Source: a bacterium (lineage in GTDB: Bacteria; SM23-31). Taken from it: DNA of 64,000 nucleotides. This document shows, one piece after another, positions 1 to 9,744 of the stretch. Made by a program: the position numbers and the translations under genes. The stretch covers positions 2,816,001 through 2,880,000 of the forward strand of contig OZ252239.1 of assembly GCA_965249485.1 (NCBI GenBank), in the 5' to 3' direction. The notes under the pieces are model-generated. The model did not search any database, was not told the DNA's origin, and saw only the letters and a list, made by a program, of their open reading frames with translations. Each line of letters begins with the position of its first letter. Positions within the stretch are counted from its first letter, which is position 1.

Positions 1-1233
1 GTTGGAGGACTTTGAATAAAATGATTCTTCCCCCACAGTCCACTTCGTATCCTGATTTAAAATGCAAAGATCCGCTTGAACACCCTCTTTGATTTCAGGC
101 ACTGGCATATTCATGATCTTTCTCGGATTCACTACACAGAGATTAACCAGGTCTTCAATCCCTTTGAAACCTTGCTTATTGACCAATTCGGTAAAGTAAA
201 TCCCTACTGCAGTCTCTAAGCCAGTTACGCCAAAAGCAGCTCTGTCAAATTCCCCTTCTTTGTCATCAATGATATGCGGCGCATGATCTGTTGCAATTGC
301 ATCGATTGTGCCGTCTTTAAGCCCCTTTATCACTGCTATTCGGTCATCTTCCGACCGCAATGGCGGATTCATTTTAAAATTTGGATCGTATGTTTGAATA
401 CATTGGTCAGTAAGTGTAAAGTGGTGCGGCGTCGCTTCCGAGGTCACATTTAATCCTTTGTCTTTCGCCATTCTGATCAGATCAACCGACTGAGCGCTGC
501 TGATATGTTGAATATGAAGCCGTCCGCCAACATATTCGAGCAACTGAATATCCCGCGAGACAATGATATCTTCAGCAATAATCGGCATTCCAGTAAGTCC
601 ACATTTTGTCGAATAGTATCCTTCGTTCATCGAGCCATTGTAAGTCAGTCTGATATCTTGTGCATGCTCAATTACCGGAATATCGAACATCTGAGAATAC
701 TCAAGAGCGCGCCGTAAAATACTGCTATCTTGAACCGGCAAACCGTCATCAGTTATTCCGACAATTCCGGCCTTAACCATGTATCCGATTTCAGCAAGCT
801 CTTCTCCTTTTGAATTCTTGCTGATTGCGCCTATAGGGTAAACCTCAACAAGTAAATCTCTAGCTTTTTCTTTTACAAATCTAACTACTTCCTGGTTATC
901 AATTACCGGTTTCGTATTCGGCATACAGCATACAGCTGTAAATCCTCCTGCAGCAGCGGCAGCACATCCGCTCTCAACTGTTTCCTTCTCTTCCTGGCCC
1001 GGTTCCCTGAGATGAACATGTAAATCAATGAGGCCCGGCAAAACGGTACAATTATCAATTGAAACTACGTTGGTGTCTTCCGGAACAGCTTCGACATTGC
1101 CGATTTTCTCAATACGGCCATCCTTGAGGAGAAGGTCTACCTTGTACGACGTGCGCTTAGCCACATTCCAAACATGCCCGTTTTTGAGCAGCACATAACC
1201 GCTCATTTGCTTATCACGAAGTTGTTTAGTCAT
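1..1233 (-). CDS. pyrC: Dihydroorotase (3' end runs off the window)
   Basis: Manual translation gives LPGLIDLHVHLREPG, CCMPNTKP, KMNPPLR and IATDHAPH. It lies downstream of pyrB and the frame stays open to base 1. Confidence 0.95.
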   Translation of the reverse strand, partial: MTKQLRDKQMSGYVLLKNGHVWNVAKRTSYKVDLLLKDGRIEKIGNVEAVPEDTNVVSIDNCTVLPGLIDLHVHLREPGQEEKETVESGCAAAAAGGFTAVCCMPNTKPVIDNQEVVRFVKEKARDLLVEVYPIGAISKNSKGEELAEIGYMVKAGIVGITDDGLPVQDSSILRRALEYSQMFDIPVIEHAQDIRLTYNGSMNEGYYSTKCGLTGMPIIAEDIIVSRDIQLLEYVGGRLHIQHISSAQSVDLIRMAKDKGLNVTSEATPHHFTLTDQCIQTYDPNFKMNPPLRSEDDRIAVIKGLKDGTIDAIATDHAPHIIDDKEGEFDRAAFGVTGLETAVGIYFTELVNKQGFKGIEDLVNLCVVNPRKIMNMPVPEIKEGVQADLCILNQDTKWTVGEESFYSKSSN

Positions 1234-1246
1234 AGTTTAATCAATA

Positions 1247-2188
1247 TTATTGATTTTCTCTTCCACTTAATAAATAGAGTACTGCCATCCGAACAGCCAC
1301 CCCATTTGTCACCTGATTGAGAATGATGGAGTGTTCGCAATCAGCAACATCAGTGTCAATTTCCACACCCCTGTTAATAGGGCCTGGGTGCATTATAATC
1401 CAGTTTTTATCAAATTTATCCAGTCTGTCCATGGTAATACCAAACTGATCACGGTATTCACGGAGCGATGGGAAAAGCCCGCCTTTCTGACGTTCGAGTT
1501 GAATGCGCAAAACATTCAATACATCTGCAAACTGCAACGCTTCATCCAGATCATAAAATACCTTGATGCCGAACTTATCAATATCTCTCGGGATCAGGGT
1601 CGGAGAACTGCAAATGGCAACATTTGCGCCAAGACTTTTCAATCCATATATGTTGGAAAGTGCAACTCTGCTGTGGCGAATATCACCGACAATACAAACA
1701 TTAAGACCTTTCAAATCTCCGGATTTTTCCCTGATACTATACATATCGAGCAGCGCTTGCGTCGGGTGTTCATGAGTACCGTCACCTGCATTAATTATAG
1801 ATGATTGTAAGACTTGAGATAAAAATAGCGGTGTCCCCGGTGAGGAATGACGTACTACAACCATATCTATCTTCATTGCCTCAATATTTTGAGCAGTATC
1901 CCTAAGTGACTCACCTTTTTTCAAGCTGCTTGTGCTTGCTGAAAAGTTAACTGCATCTGCAGAGAGCCTTTTTTCCGCCAGCTCAAACGATATTCGCGTT
2001 CTTGTCGACGGCTCAAAAAAGAGATTCACGACCGTAATACCCGTCAAAGTAGGAACTTTTTTAATCGGTCGCTCCAAAACCTCTTTAAATGAGAACGCAG
2101 TATCAAGAATATGAAGAATCTCTTCCCGAGAATAGTCTTCTAATCCAAGAAGATGTTTTCGTGCAAATGAAAATTTTGTCTTTCCCAT
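1247..2188 (-). CDS. pyrB: Aspartate carbamoyltransferase catalytic subunit
   Basis: Motifs [21 protein letters not shown] and MHPGP. Confidence 0.97.
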   Translation of the reverse strand: MGKTKFSFARKHLLGLEDYSREEILHILDTAFSFKEVLERPIKKVPTLTGITVVNLFFEPSTRTRISFELAEKRLSADAVNFSASTSSLKKGESLRDTAQNIEAMKIDMVVVRHSSPGTPLFLSQVLQSSIINAGDGTHEHPTQALLDMYSIREKSGDLKGLNVCIVGDIRHSRVALSNIYGLKSLGANVAICSSPTLIPRDIDKFGIKVFYDLDEALQFADVLNVLRIQLERQKGGLFPSLREYRDQFGITMDRLDKFDKNWIIMHPGPINRGVEIDTDVADCEHSIILNQVTNGVAVRMAVLYLLSGRENQ

Positions 2189-2205
2189 TGTCGTATTTCG
2201 TTTAT

Positions 2206-2760
2206 TTAACTATTAGCCTCTAATTCAACTAAATACACGCCGTCTTCTCCGTCTTCTTCTTCAACCTGAACCTTGATTTCTTCTCCGTGCATAGTGACAA
2301 AATCTTTTCCGGTCACTTGAGGTTGGATTGGAAGTTCTCTCTGCCCTCTGTCGATAAGGACTGCGAGCTGAATACAGGCAGGTCTTCCGAGATCCATTAA
2401 CGCATCCAACGCGGCCCGTACTGTCCTTCCGGTATAGAGAACATCATCAACAAGGACAACGTTTTTCTCATCAATTGAAAATGGAATTTGTGAAGCCTGT
2501 ACACTCGGTGTTTTCAGACGAGTCCGAAAATCATCCCGGTAAAATGTCACGTCAAGAAACCCGAGAAGTGATGAATGATCTTGTTTCCCAAACAAAATAT
2601 CGGAAATTCTGCGTGCAAGATGTGCACCCCTTGTACGCATACCAATTATCACCAAACTTTCCGTATTAGGATTGAGTTTTTTGATTTCTCCAGCCATGTA
2701 CTCAACAGTTTTCTGGAGTGTCGACTTATCAAGGAGCTGAGATTTTATTTTTGTTTTCAT
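2206..2760 (-). CDS. pyrR: PyrR-family uracil phosphoribosyltransferase / pyr regulator
   Basis: Motifs [29 protein letters not shown] and DRGQRELPI; heads pyrB-pyrC. Confidence 0.95.
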   Translation of the reverse strand: MKTKIKSQLLDKSTLQKTVEYMAGEIKKLNPNTESLVIIGMRTRGAHLARRISDILFGKQDHSSLLGFLDVTFYRDDFRTRLKTPSVQASQIPFSIDEKNVVLVDDVLYTGRTVRAALDALMDLGRPACIQLAVLIDRGQRELPIQPQVTGKDFVTMHGEEIKVQVEEEDGEDGVYLVELEANS

Positions 2761-3163
2761 AGTGGTAGAACTATTTTATTATCATGTTTCAGTATCGGTC
2801 TCAATGATATAACTGTACAACATTTAAATCAATCATCATTACGTACTATTTTGAATATAATTTTAGCTATATTTTCACACAAATTTCTCGCTTGTTGCTA
2901 TCTATTGATATAAAAATATTGCCAAAATGCTGGGGATAATATTGGGGACAATAACACAAGATTATCGGTCAGGGCACAAGTTATAAATTTTTTATAATAA
3001 ATCAAACTATTTTATTTCACTTTTCAATGGATTCGACATGCCAAAACACATGAGATTAATTGCAAAATATCAAGGCGTTTATTACATTGAGGGAATTTCA
3101 GACAATGGTAATTTGATAAAGGAATTTCATATCGATAATCGAATAAACAGGAAACAATTCTAG

Positions 3164-3214
3164 CAAAAATAATGCCTATAAGATACTTTAAATTCATTAG
3201 GCATTTTATTTTTG
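3164..3214. terminator. Possible terminator hairpin downstream of the M24 peptidase
   Basis: Imperfect AT-rich inverted repeat caaaaataatgccta...taggcattttatttttg. Confidence 0.3.
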
Positions 3215-3337
3215 TGTATTGGATAGATATAGTTCCAAGAGAAGCGCCATTTAGATGAAATTGATGCGTTGCAGCGCCAATAGTGTTTCTTATCTTAAAA
3301 GTCTGAAATCAATCCAAATCGCTCTGAACAGATACAG

Positions 3338-4708
3338 TTACGGTATTAAAATAATCTCATCGTTCCGAGGATAGAGCGCCTCAACTCCCTTCTCGGTGAC
3401 AATCGAGTCATCTTCGAAATTAATACTCAACACAATTCCCCATTCGGGCACCCAGGTATGGACGTGGAATTCAAACGCAAAGAGATGGCTCTGCTGAATT
3501 TTAAAATGAAAGCGACCCTTACGGAAAGCTCCCATTGAAGGACCTGCTGCAATCTCACTGTTTCCCGTATTGCCCACACTATGATTGCTGGTAAAAAACC
3601 CGGTTTTTCCGGAATCTCCAAGTGCATTAATCAACAGCCTATATTCTGACCCAATGTCGGTATTCTCCGTGTAAATAAATCCAGCATCTTCCAGGGCACG
3701 AATAACCATCCCTTCCATTTCACCGGCAGTATAGCCAATCTTGATGGTCTTACGGATAATTTCACGTGCCTGTATCCCCCGGTCCCATACATGTTGGACT
3801 CCTGCCGGAAGGGACGTTTCGCCTTCCTTAAGAATATATGCTTTTCGTTTAAAGTCCGTACCGAAATTCAAATATCTGAGACCCACATCCCACGTCAAAA
3901 AATCACCCCGCTGATAAACTCTTCCTTTCTCCGAATGGGGTACTTCTCCTGTTACTCCAGGAGCCATGGAATATGAAGCACTTGGAGCGCTCAGACCATT
4001 CGGTAAGGTAATTAATCCTCTTGATAAAAGCTCTTCCTGAAACCACCAACCGAGTTCCTCCCGTGTGGTGACACCCGGCACTATCCTTCTATAGGCTTCT
4101 TCCATAAGTTGTCTTTGTATTTCACATATCTTTGCAAAGGCTATAATCTCAGACTGAACCCTTCTCACTCGGAAATCGGTTATAAGATTCTCAGCAGAGA
4201 TCAGTCTTGACGCATATTTATCGCCAAGCATCGTGACCAATCTCAAATATCCGGTATGGGTTAGCCCGTTGGATGCGGGAAGCCAGTCCGACATATTGAC
4301 GGCAATGCGTCTGGGTTCGCGCTCAGTGACAAAATCATGCAGATCTCGTTCCGCACTAAATATGTCGTAAAGTTCAAGATCCCCTCTACCGGCACCAAGT
4401 AGTGCACGTTCGATCCTGTCACCACCACGGTCGGTAAAAATAACAAAAGTCAGGGTGTCGGTCACAGTTATACTACCACTAACGCCAAGGTCCAGGGTAA
4501 GGGGATCATTTATACCACCCATCATCACATGGATCCACATGTCGATATTATTATCCCTCATGGCGCCGGGCAGGACGAGGTCGAACTTCTCTTTACGGAT
4601 CATTTTCATCGTTTCATAGCGGGAGCGCGCTTCCTGCGCCTGTGCACCGCATCCCGGTATGAGGATAATGACTAAAAACAATGCCGTTAAAATCCGTGTC
4701 TTACTCAT
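3338..4708 (-). CDS. Exported M24-family metallopeptidase (Xaa-Pro aminopeptidase-like)
   Basis: Pita-bread ligands WDVG/GTDF/NHSVG/FEF/FEDD. The ATG at 4708 follows an AAAGGAGG RBS and starts a signal peptide (MSKTRILTALFLVIILIPGC). Confidence 0.85.
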   Translation of the reverse strand: MSKTRILTALFLVIILIPGCGAQAQEARSRYETMKMIRKEKFDLVLPGAMRDNNIDMWIHVMMGGINDPLTLDLGVSGSITVTDTLTFVIFTDRGGDRIERALLGAGRGDLELYDIFSAERDLHDFVTEREPRRIAVNMSDWLPASNGLTHTGYLRLVTMLGDKYASRLISAENLITDFRVRRVQSEIIAFAKICEIQRQLMEEAYRRIVPGVTTREELGWWFQEELLSRGLITLPNGLSAPSASYSMAPGVTGEVPHSEKGRVYQRGDFLTWDVGLRYLNFGTDFKRKAYILKEGETSLPAGVQHVWDRGIQAREIIRKTIKIGYTAGEMEGMVIRALEDAGFIYTENTDIGSEYRLLINALGDSGKTGFFTSNHSVGNTGNSEIAAGPSMGAFRKGRFHFKIQQSHLFAFEFHVHTWVPEWGIVLSINFEDDSIVTEKGVEALYPRNDEIILIP

Positions 4709-4810
4709 TATGTGACCTCCTTTACAATCCTCTTTTTCGTCCATTAACTCATTGATACAGCAATACTTTCTCAGATACTTATTCAATTTAGCAATTCAGC
4801 AATTATTTAA

Positions 4811-4995
4811 AATTACTCATTGATACGTTGGACGATTATTCCAGCCTGGTCCGCAGAAAGTGCGAAGATTGCTTTTAGATCCGACAGAGATTATAATGCG
4901 GATGTTTACATTAAGAACGCTGATGGCTCCGGCCAGACAATGGTAATAAACATGGGGCTTTTGATATGAATCCTTCATAGTCTCTAAATGGTACG
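4811..4995 (+). pseudogene. Decayed TolB-like/PD40 beta-propeller gene fragment
   Basis: From 4841 it reads PAWSAESAKIAFRSDRDYNADVYIKNADGSGQT, then after a frameshift HGAFDMNPS*SLNGT. This matches the repeats of the 59461..60471 protein. Confidence 0.7.
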
Positions 4996-5060
4996 TATCA
5001 ATTGGTCCGGTGGATAGTAAAACTCAACGCCATTATCGATGGCAATCACGCCGTTTTGGT
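4984..5060 (-). pseudogene. Probable C-terminal remnant of a second M24 peptidase
   Basis: Reads NGVIAIDNGVEFYYPPDQLIRTI*, compared with DSIVTEKGVEALYPRNDEIILIP* at the end of the neighbouring M24 gene. Confidence 0.45.
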
Positions 5061-5077
5061 GAACTGCCTTGCTGATC

Positions 5078-6766
5078 TCATTGCAGGATCCAGACAAATA
5101 CACCAATTAATAATCCTACTCCCAGCCATGATGCAAGAAAACCCAGGACACTAACAAGGCTCGGTTTCATGATCTCAAAATCAGGATGATTTATCAAAAC
5201 TGATCGTGGAGCAGGTTTTGTTCCTTCAGGGAGAGTAAGCGGTTCAACTTTCGGTTCATCCGGTTTTACCGGAGTACGAAGACATTCATACAGGCGATCC
5301 AGCTTTTCTTTATCCTGAGATTTTGTAAAAAGACTGACACCCACCATGACAACCAGACCAACTGTCAGATAGATAATCATCTGCCAGGGCAGAGAAAGGT
5401 TCCCTTCATATAACATGAAATCGGGTAAAAAGCGGGCAAAATGAGCATTAAAGTCCCAGCCAATGAGATCATTCGTGCTGGTGAATAACCATGCTGCAAA
5501 ACCGCTCAATGTTGAGGCCCAGGCAGCAGTAGCTGTTGCCTTTCTCCAGAACAAACCTACCCAGAAAGCTATTCCCAGCATTGCCTGCACTTTCCACCAG
5601 ATCTCTAAACCCTGCACGACACTCGATAAACTAAACGCAAATATGATTCCACCGATCACGATAATAACAGATGAGATTCTTCCTATTAAAAGATAATGCT
5701 TATCATCCCGGCCTGGTCTGATCAGAGGTTTGTAAATATTTTCCGTAAACAGAGCTGCTGACGAGATCATTAAGCAATCGCATGTACTCATTACCGCTGC
5801 CAGCATGGAAGCAATAAAAAGCCCGATAAGACCCGGCCCAACCATAGACAACAGATCACGTGCCAGATATCCGTACACATAGTCTACATGAATCGTTTTG
5901 CCTGCGTATAAACCTATTCCACATAATCCTATCAGAACCCACGAGATAGTGACTATTCGTTTGAAGAAATGCCCACCGACAAGTCCTACTCTCGCCTCCA
6001 TCTCAGTTTTGCCGGCAGCGCACATTGTCATGGAATGAGGAGCTGTAACCCAGCCGACAAGTCCATTAACAGATATTATTATTACATAAAATATAGTGAT
6101 CTCACCGGGGGCAACAATCGAGAACATTGACGGGTCATCGACAATCGATTTTAATCCTCCCAATCCCCCCACTGCATTTAAGGCAAATGGTAAAATCAGA
6201 AAAGAGAGCACAAGTGCTAAAAGACCCTGAACTAAATCTGTTATAACCGCTGCATGCAATCCACCAGCGACACCGTAGATTACGAACAGAACTGTCATTG
6301 CACCAATTGCAAGTGCAGGGCTGATCGCACCACCGGATACAGCGGTAATCATTGCGCTTGATCCCTTGAGTATTAAGCCAATTTCGACGGTCAATTGTGC
6401 CATGCCGACCAAGGCAAAAAGAACTTCTACGCTCCTGCTATAACGTTTGGAAAAGTAATCCGCTGTTGTTACCGCTCTCATACGCCTAAAGAGGGGAGCC
6501 AATAACCAGTAGAAAGGCGTGGCAAACAACCATAACCACTGATACCAGATTCCGGAAGCACCAGATTGGTAAGTTTTTGCTGCTACAGCGACCGCCGAAT
6601 CAGTATGTGTTCCTGTCCCAAATGAAAAGAACATCATCATGATTTTTCCGAACGTGCGGTCACTGATAAAAAAAGTTGAGGCAGCCTTTACTTTTCTAGT
6701 GGCTCTGATTCCTATCAGTGTTATACCGATCAGGTACAGAAAAATAACCAGCCAGTCAATAATCAT
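5078..6766 (-). CDS. Sodium:solute symporter (SSS family)
   Basis: About 13 hydrophobic segments; motifs YGVAGGLHAAVITDLVQG and LAAVMSTCD. Confidence 0.9.
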   Translation of the reverse strand: MIIDWLVIFLYLIGITLIGIRATRKVKAASTFFISDRTFGKIMMMFFSFGTGTHTDSAVAVAAKTYQSGASGIWYQWLWLFATPFYWLLAPLFRRMRAVTTADYFSKRYSRSVEVLFALVGMAQLTVEIGLILKGSSAMITAVSGGAISPALAIGAMTVLFVIYGVAGGLHAAVITDLVQGLLALVLSFLILPFALNAVGGLGGLKSIVDDPSMFSIVAPGEITIFYVIIISVNGLVGWVTAPHSMTMCAAGKTEMEARVGLVGGHFFKRIVTISWVLIGLCGIGLYAGKTIHVDYVYGYLARDLLSMVGPGLIGLFIASMLAAVMSTCDCLMISSAALFTENIYKPLIRPGRDDKHYLLIGRISSVIIVIGGIIFAFSLSSVVQGLEIWWKVQAMLGIAFWVGLFWRKATATAAWASTLSGFAAWLFTSTNDLIGWDFNAHFARFLPDFMLYEGNLSLPWQMIIYLTVGLVVMVGVSLFTKSQDKEKLDRLYECLRTPVKPDEPKVEPLTLPEGTKPAPRSVLINHPDFEIMKPSLVSVLGFLASWLGVGLLIGVFVWILQ

Positions 6767-6917
6767 AAGCTGATAATTCCATTATCATTTTTCCTAAATG
6801 GAAAATCTTGGATTCAGGTCAAATCTTGCCTAAAATTTGACGTATACTATAAGGCTTCTCAAGGACACGATGTCAGCAGATACTATAGAAGTTAGTGTAG
6901 GTGTGAAAATGCCTAAA

Positions 6918-6958
6918 AAGTACATAATTTGCTTTATTCAAAACACATTTATGTACTT
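6918..6958. repeat. 10-bp inverted repeat (possible operator or terminator)
   Basis: aagtacataa-N21-ttatgtactt between the M20 gene end and the SSS gene start. Confidence 0.4.
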
Positions 6959-7053
6959 ATGTTGCCATACAGGCGACACAATAAATTATAGCATGAAAAC
7001 AACCTGATTAGCTATATAAATTCATCAGGAATTGCATACCAATTGACAAATTT

Positions 7054-8373
7054 CTACCTTGTCCAGTCCAATATTACTTTCGCGGTTACTTTAATTGCTC
7101 TAATGTAGTCCGGCAAATCAATCCACTCGTCAGGAACCCCGTTCTGTGTTAAATTACCTGCAAGCGGACCGTATGCGATTGTAGGAATCCCGGCATACAT
7201 ATTGGTATTATATATTGAGCTTGCTGCGTGCATTGGATTAGTACCAGGCTTTTCACCAGTGACGGTCTGAACAGCATTACTCACTGTTTTGAACATTGGA
7301 TGTTCTTCAGATAGTTCCGTAGCTTCCCCACCAAACAACCACACGAGCGAAGCAGGGTGTTCATTCAGCCAGGAATCCGATTTAGAGGCTTCGGAAATAC
7401 AATCCTCTACCTCTTTCTGAACCTCCTTGAGTCTTTCAGTAGGTGGAAAGGTTATTTGTGCTTCAATAGTGCATTTTTCGGGGATTCCATGATGCTGATC
7501 GAGTCCTGTGCCTTCGAGACTAATGCGGTCGACAAGTAAATTAGTGGACCGTCCGACCTTTTCGTCTATAACTTTATAATAGACCCTCTCACCTCTTTTC
7601 GCATCCAGCTCTTTAAGCGCTTTAATAATTAAAATCGCTTTGTCAAGGGCATTAATACCAAGATGGGCATACGCCGTTTTACGCGGGTTATCTGTATTAG
7701 GCGACTTGCCTGAAACGGTAATCCGGAAAATTACAATCCCCGGCGTAACATTTTGTATTTCACTCATACCCACTCCCAACTCTTCAGGGTGAAGGTATAT
7801 ACAACCGTCCGCGCGGTAACCCTTGTCTAACAGAGCAATAATACCCCGTGCCTGCTGCTTCGTTACTGCACTGCCGAGATATACGTCACCCCCGGGCTGA
7901 AGTCCGGCGCTACGTACAGCATCCAGGGCTTCTGCTATGATGGCAATACCTTCAAGGTCATCTGCCACACCGTAACCATAGAGCCTGTCTCCTTCAATTT
8001 CAGCAGTGAATGGGTCACGAGTCCAGTCTTTGGTGGTAGCTGTTGATATGGGCACGGGATCGGGGTGTCCATACATTAAGAGACTTCTGCCGTTTCCCGC
8101 ACCGGAATACGTACCGACGACGGTTATACGTTCTTTATTGTTAATCCATTCATCGGCAGCAAACTCATGCTCCATTTTAATACTCGAGGGGAGTACCTTC
8201 AGCACTTCTGTCTTACTACATCCCACTTCCTTAAACCTCTTTGCCACAAGGCCTTGAACGGCTTCTTCACCCTCTTTTTGTGCTTTGATGAGCTCTTTTA
8301 GAAAAACGATATGCTTTTCTTTATTGTTGTCAATTTTATCGAATAAGTCCTGGATCTCTTTGGTATTGGTCAT
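7054..8373 (-). CDS. M20/ArgE-like metallohydrolase with atypical ligands
   Basis: Motifs GRSLLMYGHPD, W..DPF...IEGDRLYGYGVADD, H.GINALDKA and DEWI. Confidence 0.85.
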   Translation of the reverse strand: MTNTKEIQDLFDKIDNNKEKHIVFLKELIKAQKEGEEAVQGLVAKRFKEVGCSKTEVLKVLPSSIKMEHEFAADEWINNKERITVVGTYSGAGNGRSLLMYGHPDPVPISTATTKDWTRDPFTAEIEGDRLYGYGVADDLEGIAIIAEALDAVRSAGLQPGGDVYLGSAVTKQQARGIIALLDKGYRADGCIYLHPEELGVGMSEIQNVTPGIVIFRITVSGKSPNTDNPRKTAYAHLGINALDKAILIIKALKELDAKRGERVYYKVIDEKVGRSTNLLVDRISLEGTGLDQHHGIPEKCTIEAQITFPPTERLKEVQKEVEDCISEASKSDSWLNEHPASLVWLFGGEATELSEEHPMFKTVSNAVQTVTGEKPGTNPMHAASSIYNTNMYAGIPTIAYGPLAGNLTQNGVPDEWIDLPDYIRAIKVTAKVILDWTR

Positions 8374-8819
8374 CTGTTACTCCTTCTACGATAATTTTTA
8401 TTTACCTTATAATCCCATATTAAATCTCAATAAGAAAATAAATTGGGTTTGTTAAGAAATGATGCTAATTTAAGAGGTGATGTACTTCGTAAGAACAAAC
8501 TGGATATTGTGCTACATAAAGTACGGTAGGTATTTAACTTTATCAAGGATTTCCTGCTCCTCGGGCTGCATGATTACTTAGCAGATAAACAGTCAATTTT
8601 TTCAGAAGTTATCATGAGGGTTTTAATGTGATGTGTTCTTCCCAAGATGAAATAGTACGCCTCCAATTATCACTTTAAAGTCATCCAACTATATAGTACT
8701 GGCTAATTTAAATTAATTACCGAAATACTTGATCTATGCAAGGAATAGTGCTGAGGAAACTCAGTAAATGGCAGCATGAAGGTAATTATAACAGCTCATA
8801 AATCAAATAATAACAATTG

Positions 8820-8893
8820 TGGGCGATAAGGGACTTGAACCCCTGACCTCTGGTATGTGAAACCAGCGCTCTAACCAGCTGAGCTAATCGCCC
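8820..8893 (-). tRNA. tRNA-Val (anticodon CAC); CCA not encoded
   Basis: Cloverleaf GGGCGATTAGCTCAGCTGGTTAGAGCG-CTGGT-TTCACAT-ACCAG-AGGTC-AGGGGTTCAAGTCCCTT-ATCGCCC-A. Confidence 0.97.
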
Positions 8894-9705
8894 TTTTTGT
8901 GTCTACTCAAGAGAACTTCCGCATAGATATCCGGTCGACGGTCTTCGAATAAAGTGTTGTATGGTGTTATCTTTTTATCCTCTGCATCTTTAGAATCTAT
9001 CGATACCGTTCGGAACACTTCTTCATTTTCTGACGCAGCAGCAAGTATTTCACCTCGAACGTTCGTGATTTGACTGTTACCAGTAAAAGTTAGCGGCTTT
9101 TTCCCGCCCCGATCTTCTGTCCCAATCCTGTTAGCAGTAACGGTAAAGATTTTATTTTCAATCGACCTTGTTTTCATTGCAGATTGGCAGTATGGCAGCA
9201 CCAGATTTGAAGGATGAACAACCACTTCCGCTCCGGATAAGGCAATTGACCGAATCAATTCGGGAAATATCCAATCGTAGCAGATCGCAATTCCTACATT
9301 CGACCCTTTAATATTAACTACTTTCGGCAGTTCGGTACCCTGCGAAAACCATACAGTTTCTTCAAAGAACAGGTGCAGTTTTCGATACCGTGTCACAACA
9401 CCTTCCGGTCCCACAATCACTGCAGAGTTATAATAATGCCCATTTTCCTCCTCTGCAATGCCAGCAGCAATGAATGCATTCTTTTCTAGTGCAATCTGCT
9501 GAAACCGTTGCACACTCTTTCCTTGAGGTATGTTCTCCGCAATATTTTCCACCTCTTCAAGCGAGGTGAATTGATACCCCGTCGTGCAGAGTTCCGGTAG
9601 GACAACAAGGTCAAATTGATGTGAACGCAATACTGTCTCAATTTTATCCAGATTATCCGACACAGAACCAAAAGACGGTTCAAACTGGTAAAAGCCTAGT
9701 AACAT
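8884..9705 (-). CDS. Carbon-nitrogen hydrolase (nitrilase superfamily)
   Basis: Glu-Lys-Cys triad motifs LPEL, YRKLHLF and ICYDWIFPE. Confidence 0.9.
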   Translation of the reverse strand: MLLGFYQFEPSFGSVSDNLDKIETVLRSHQFDLVVLPELCTTGYQFTSLEEVENIAENIPQGKSVQRFQQIALEKNAFIAAGIAEEENGHYYNSAVIVGPEGVVTRYRKLHLFFEETVWFSQGTELPKVVNIKGSNVGIAICYDWIFPELIRSIALSGAEVVVHPSNLVLPYCQSAMKTRSIENKIFTVTANRIGTEDRGGKKPLTFTGNSQITNVRGEILAAASENEEVFRTVSIDSKDAEDKKITPYNTLFEDRRPDIYAEVLLSRHKKGD

Positions 9706-9744
9706 GTTTCGATAATTTAATTAGAGGCAGAAATGGTGCGGTGC

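Noticed and set aside
505..717. 70-aa plus-strand ORF
   Set aside because: Antisense to pyrC, which the track missed because it runs off the window.
2928..2940. tggggataa as a duplicated tRNA-Val 3' end (att site)
   Set aside because: Only a gapped 9-nt match to tgggcgataa, too short to support.
4747..4826. 12-bp direct repeat actcattgatac (4747 and 4815)
   Set aside because: Two copies only, with no element between them; not CRISPR-like. It could be an operator but nothing supports that.
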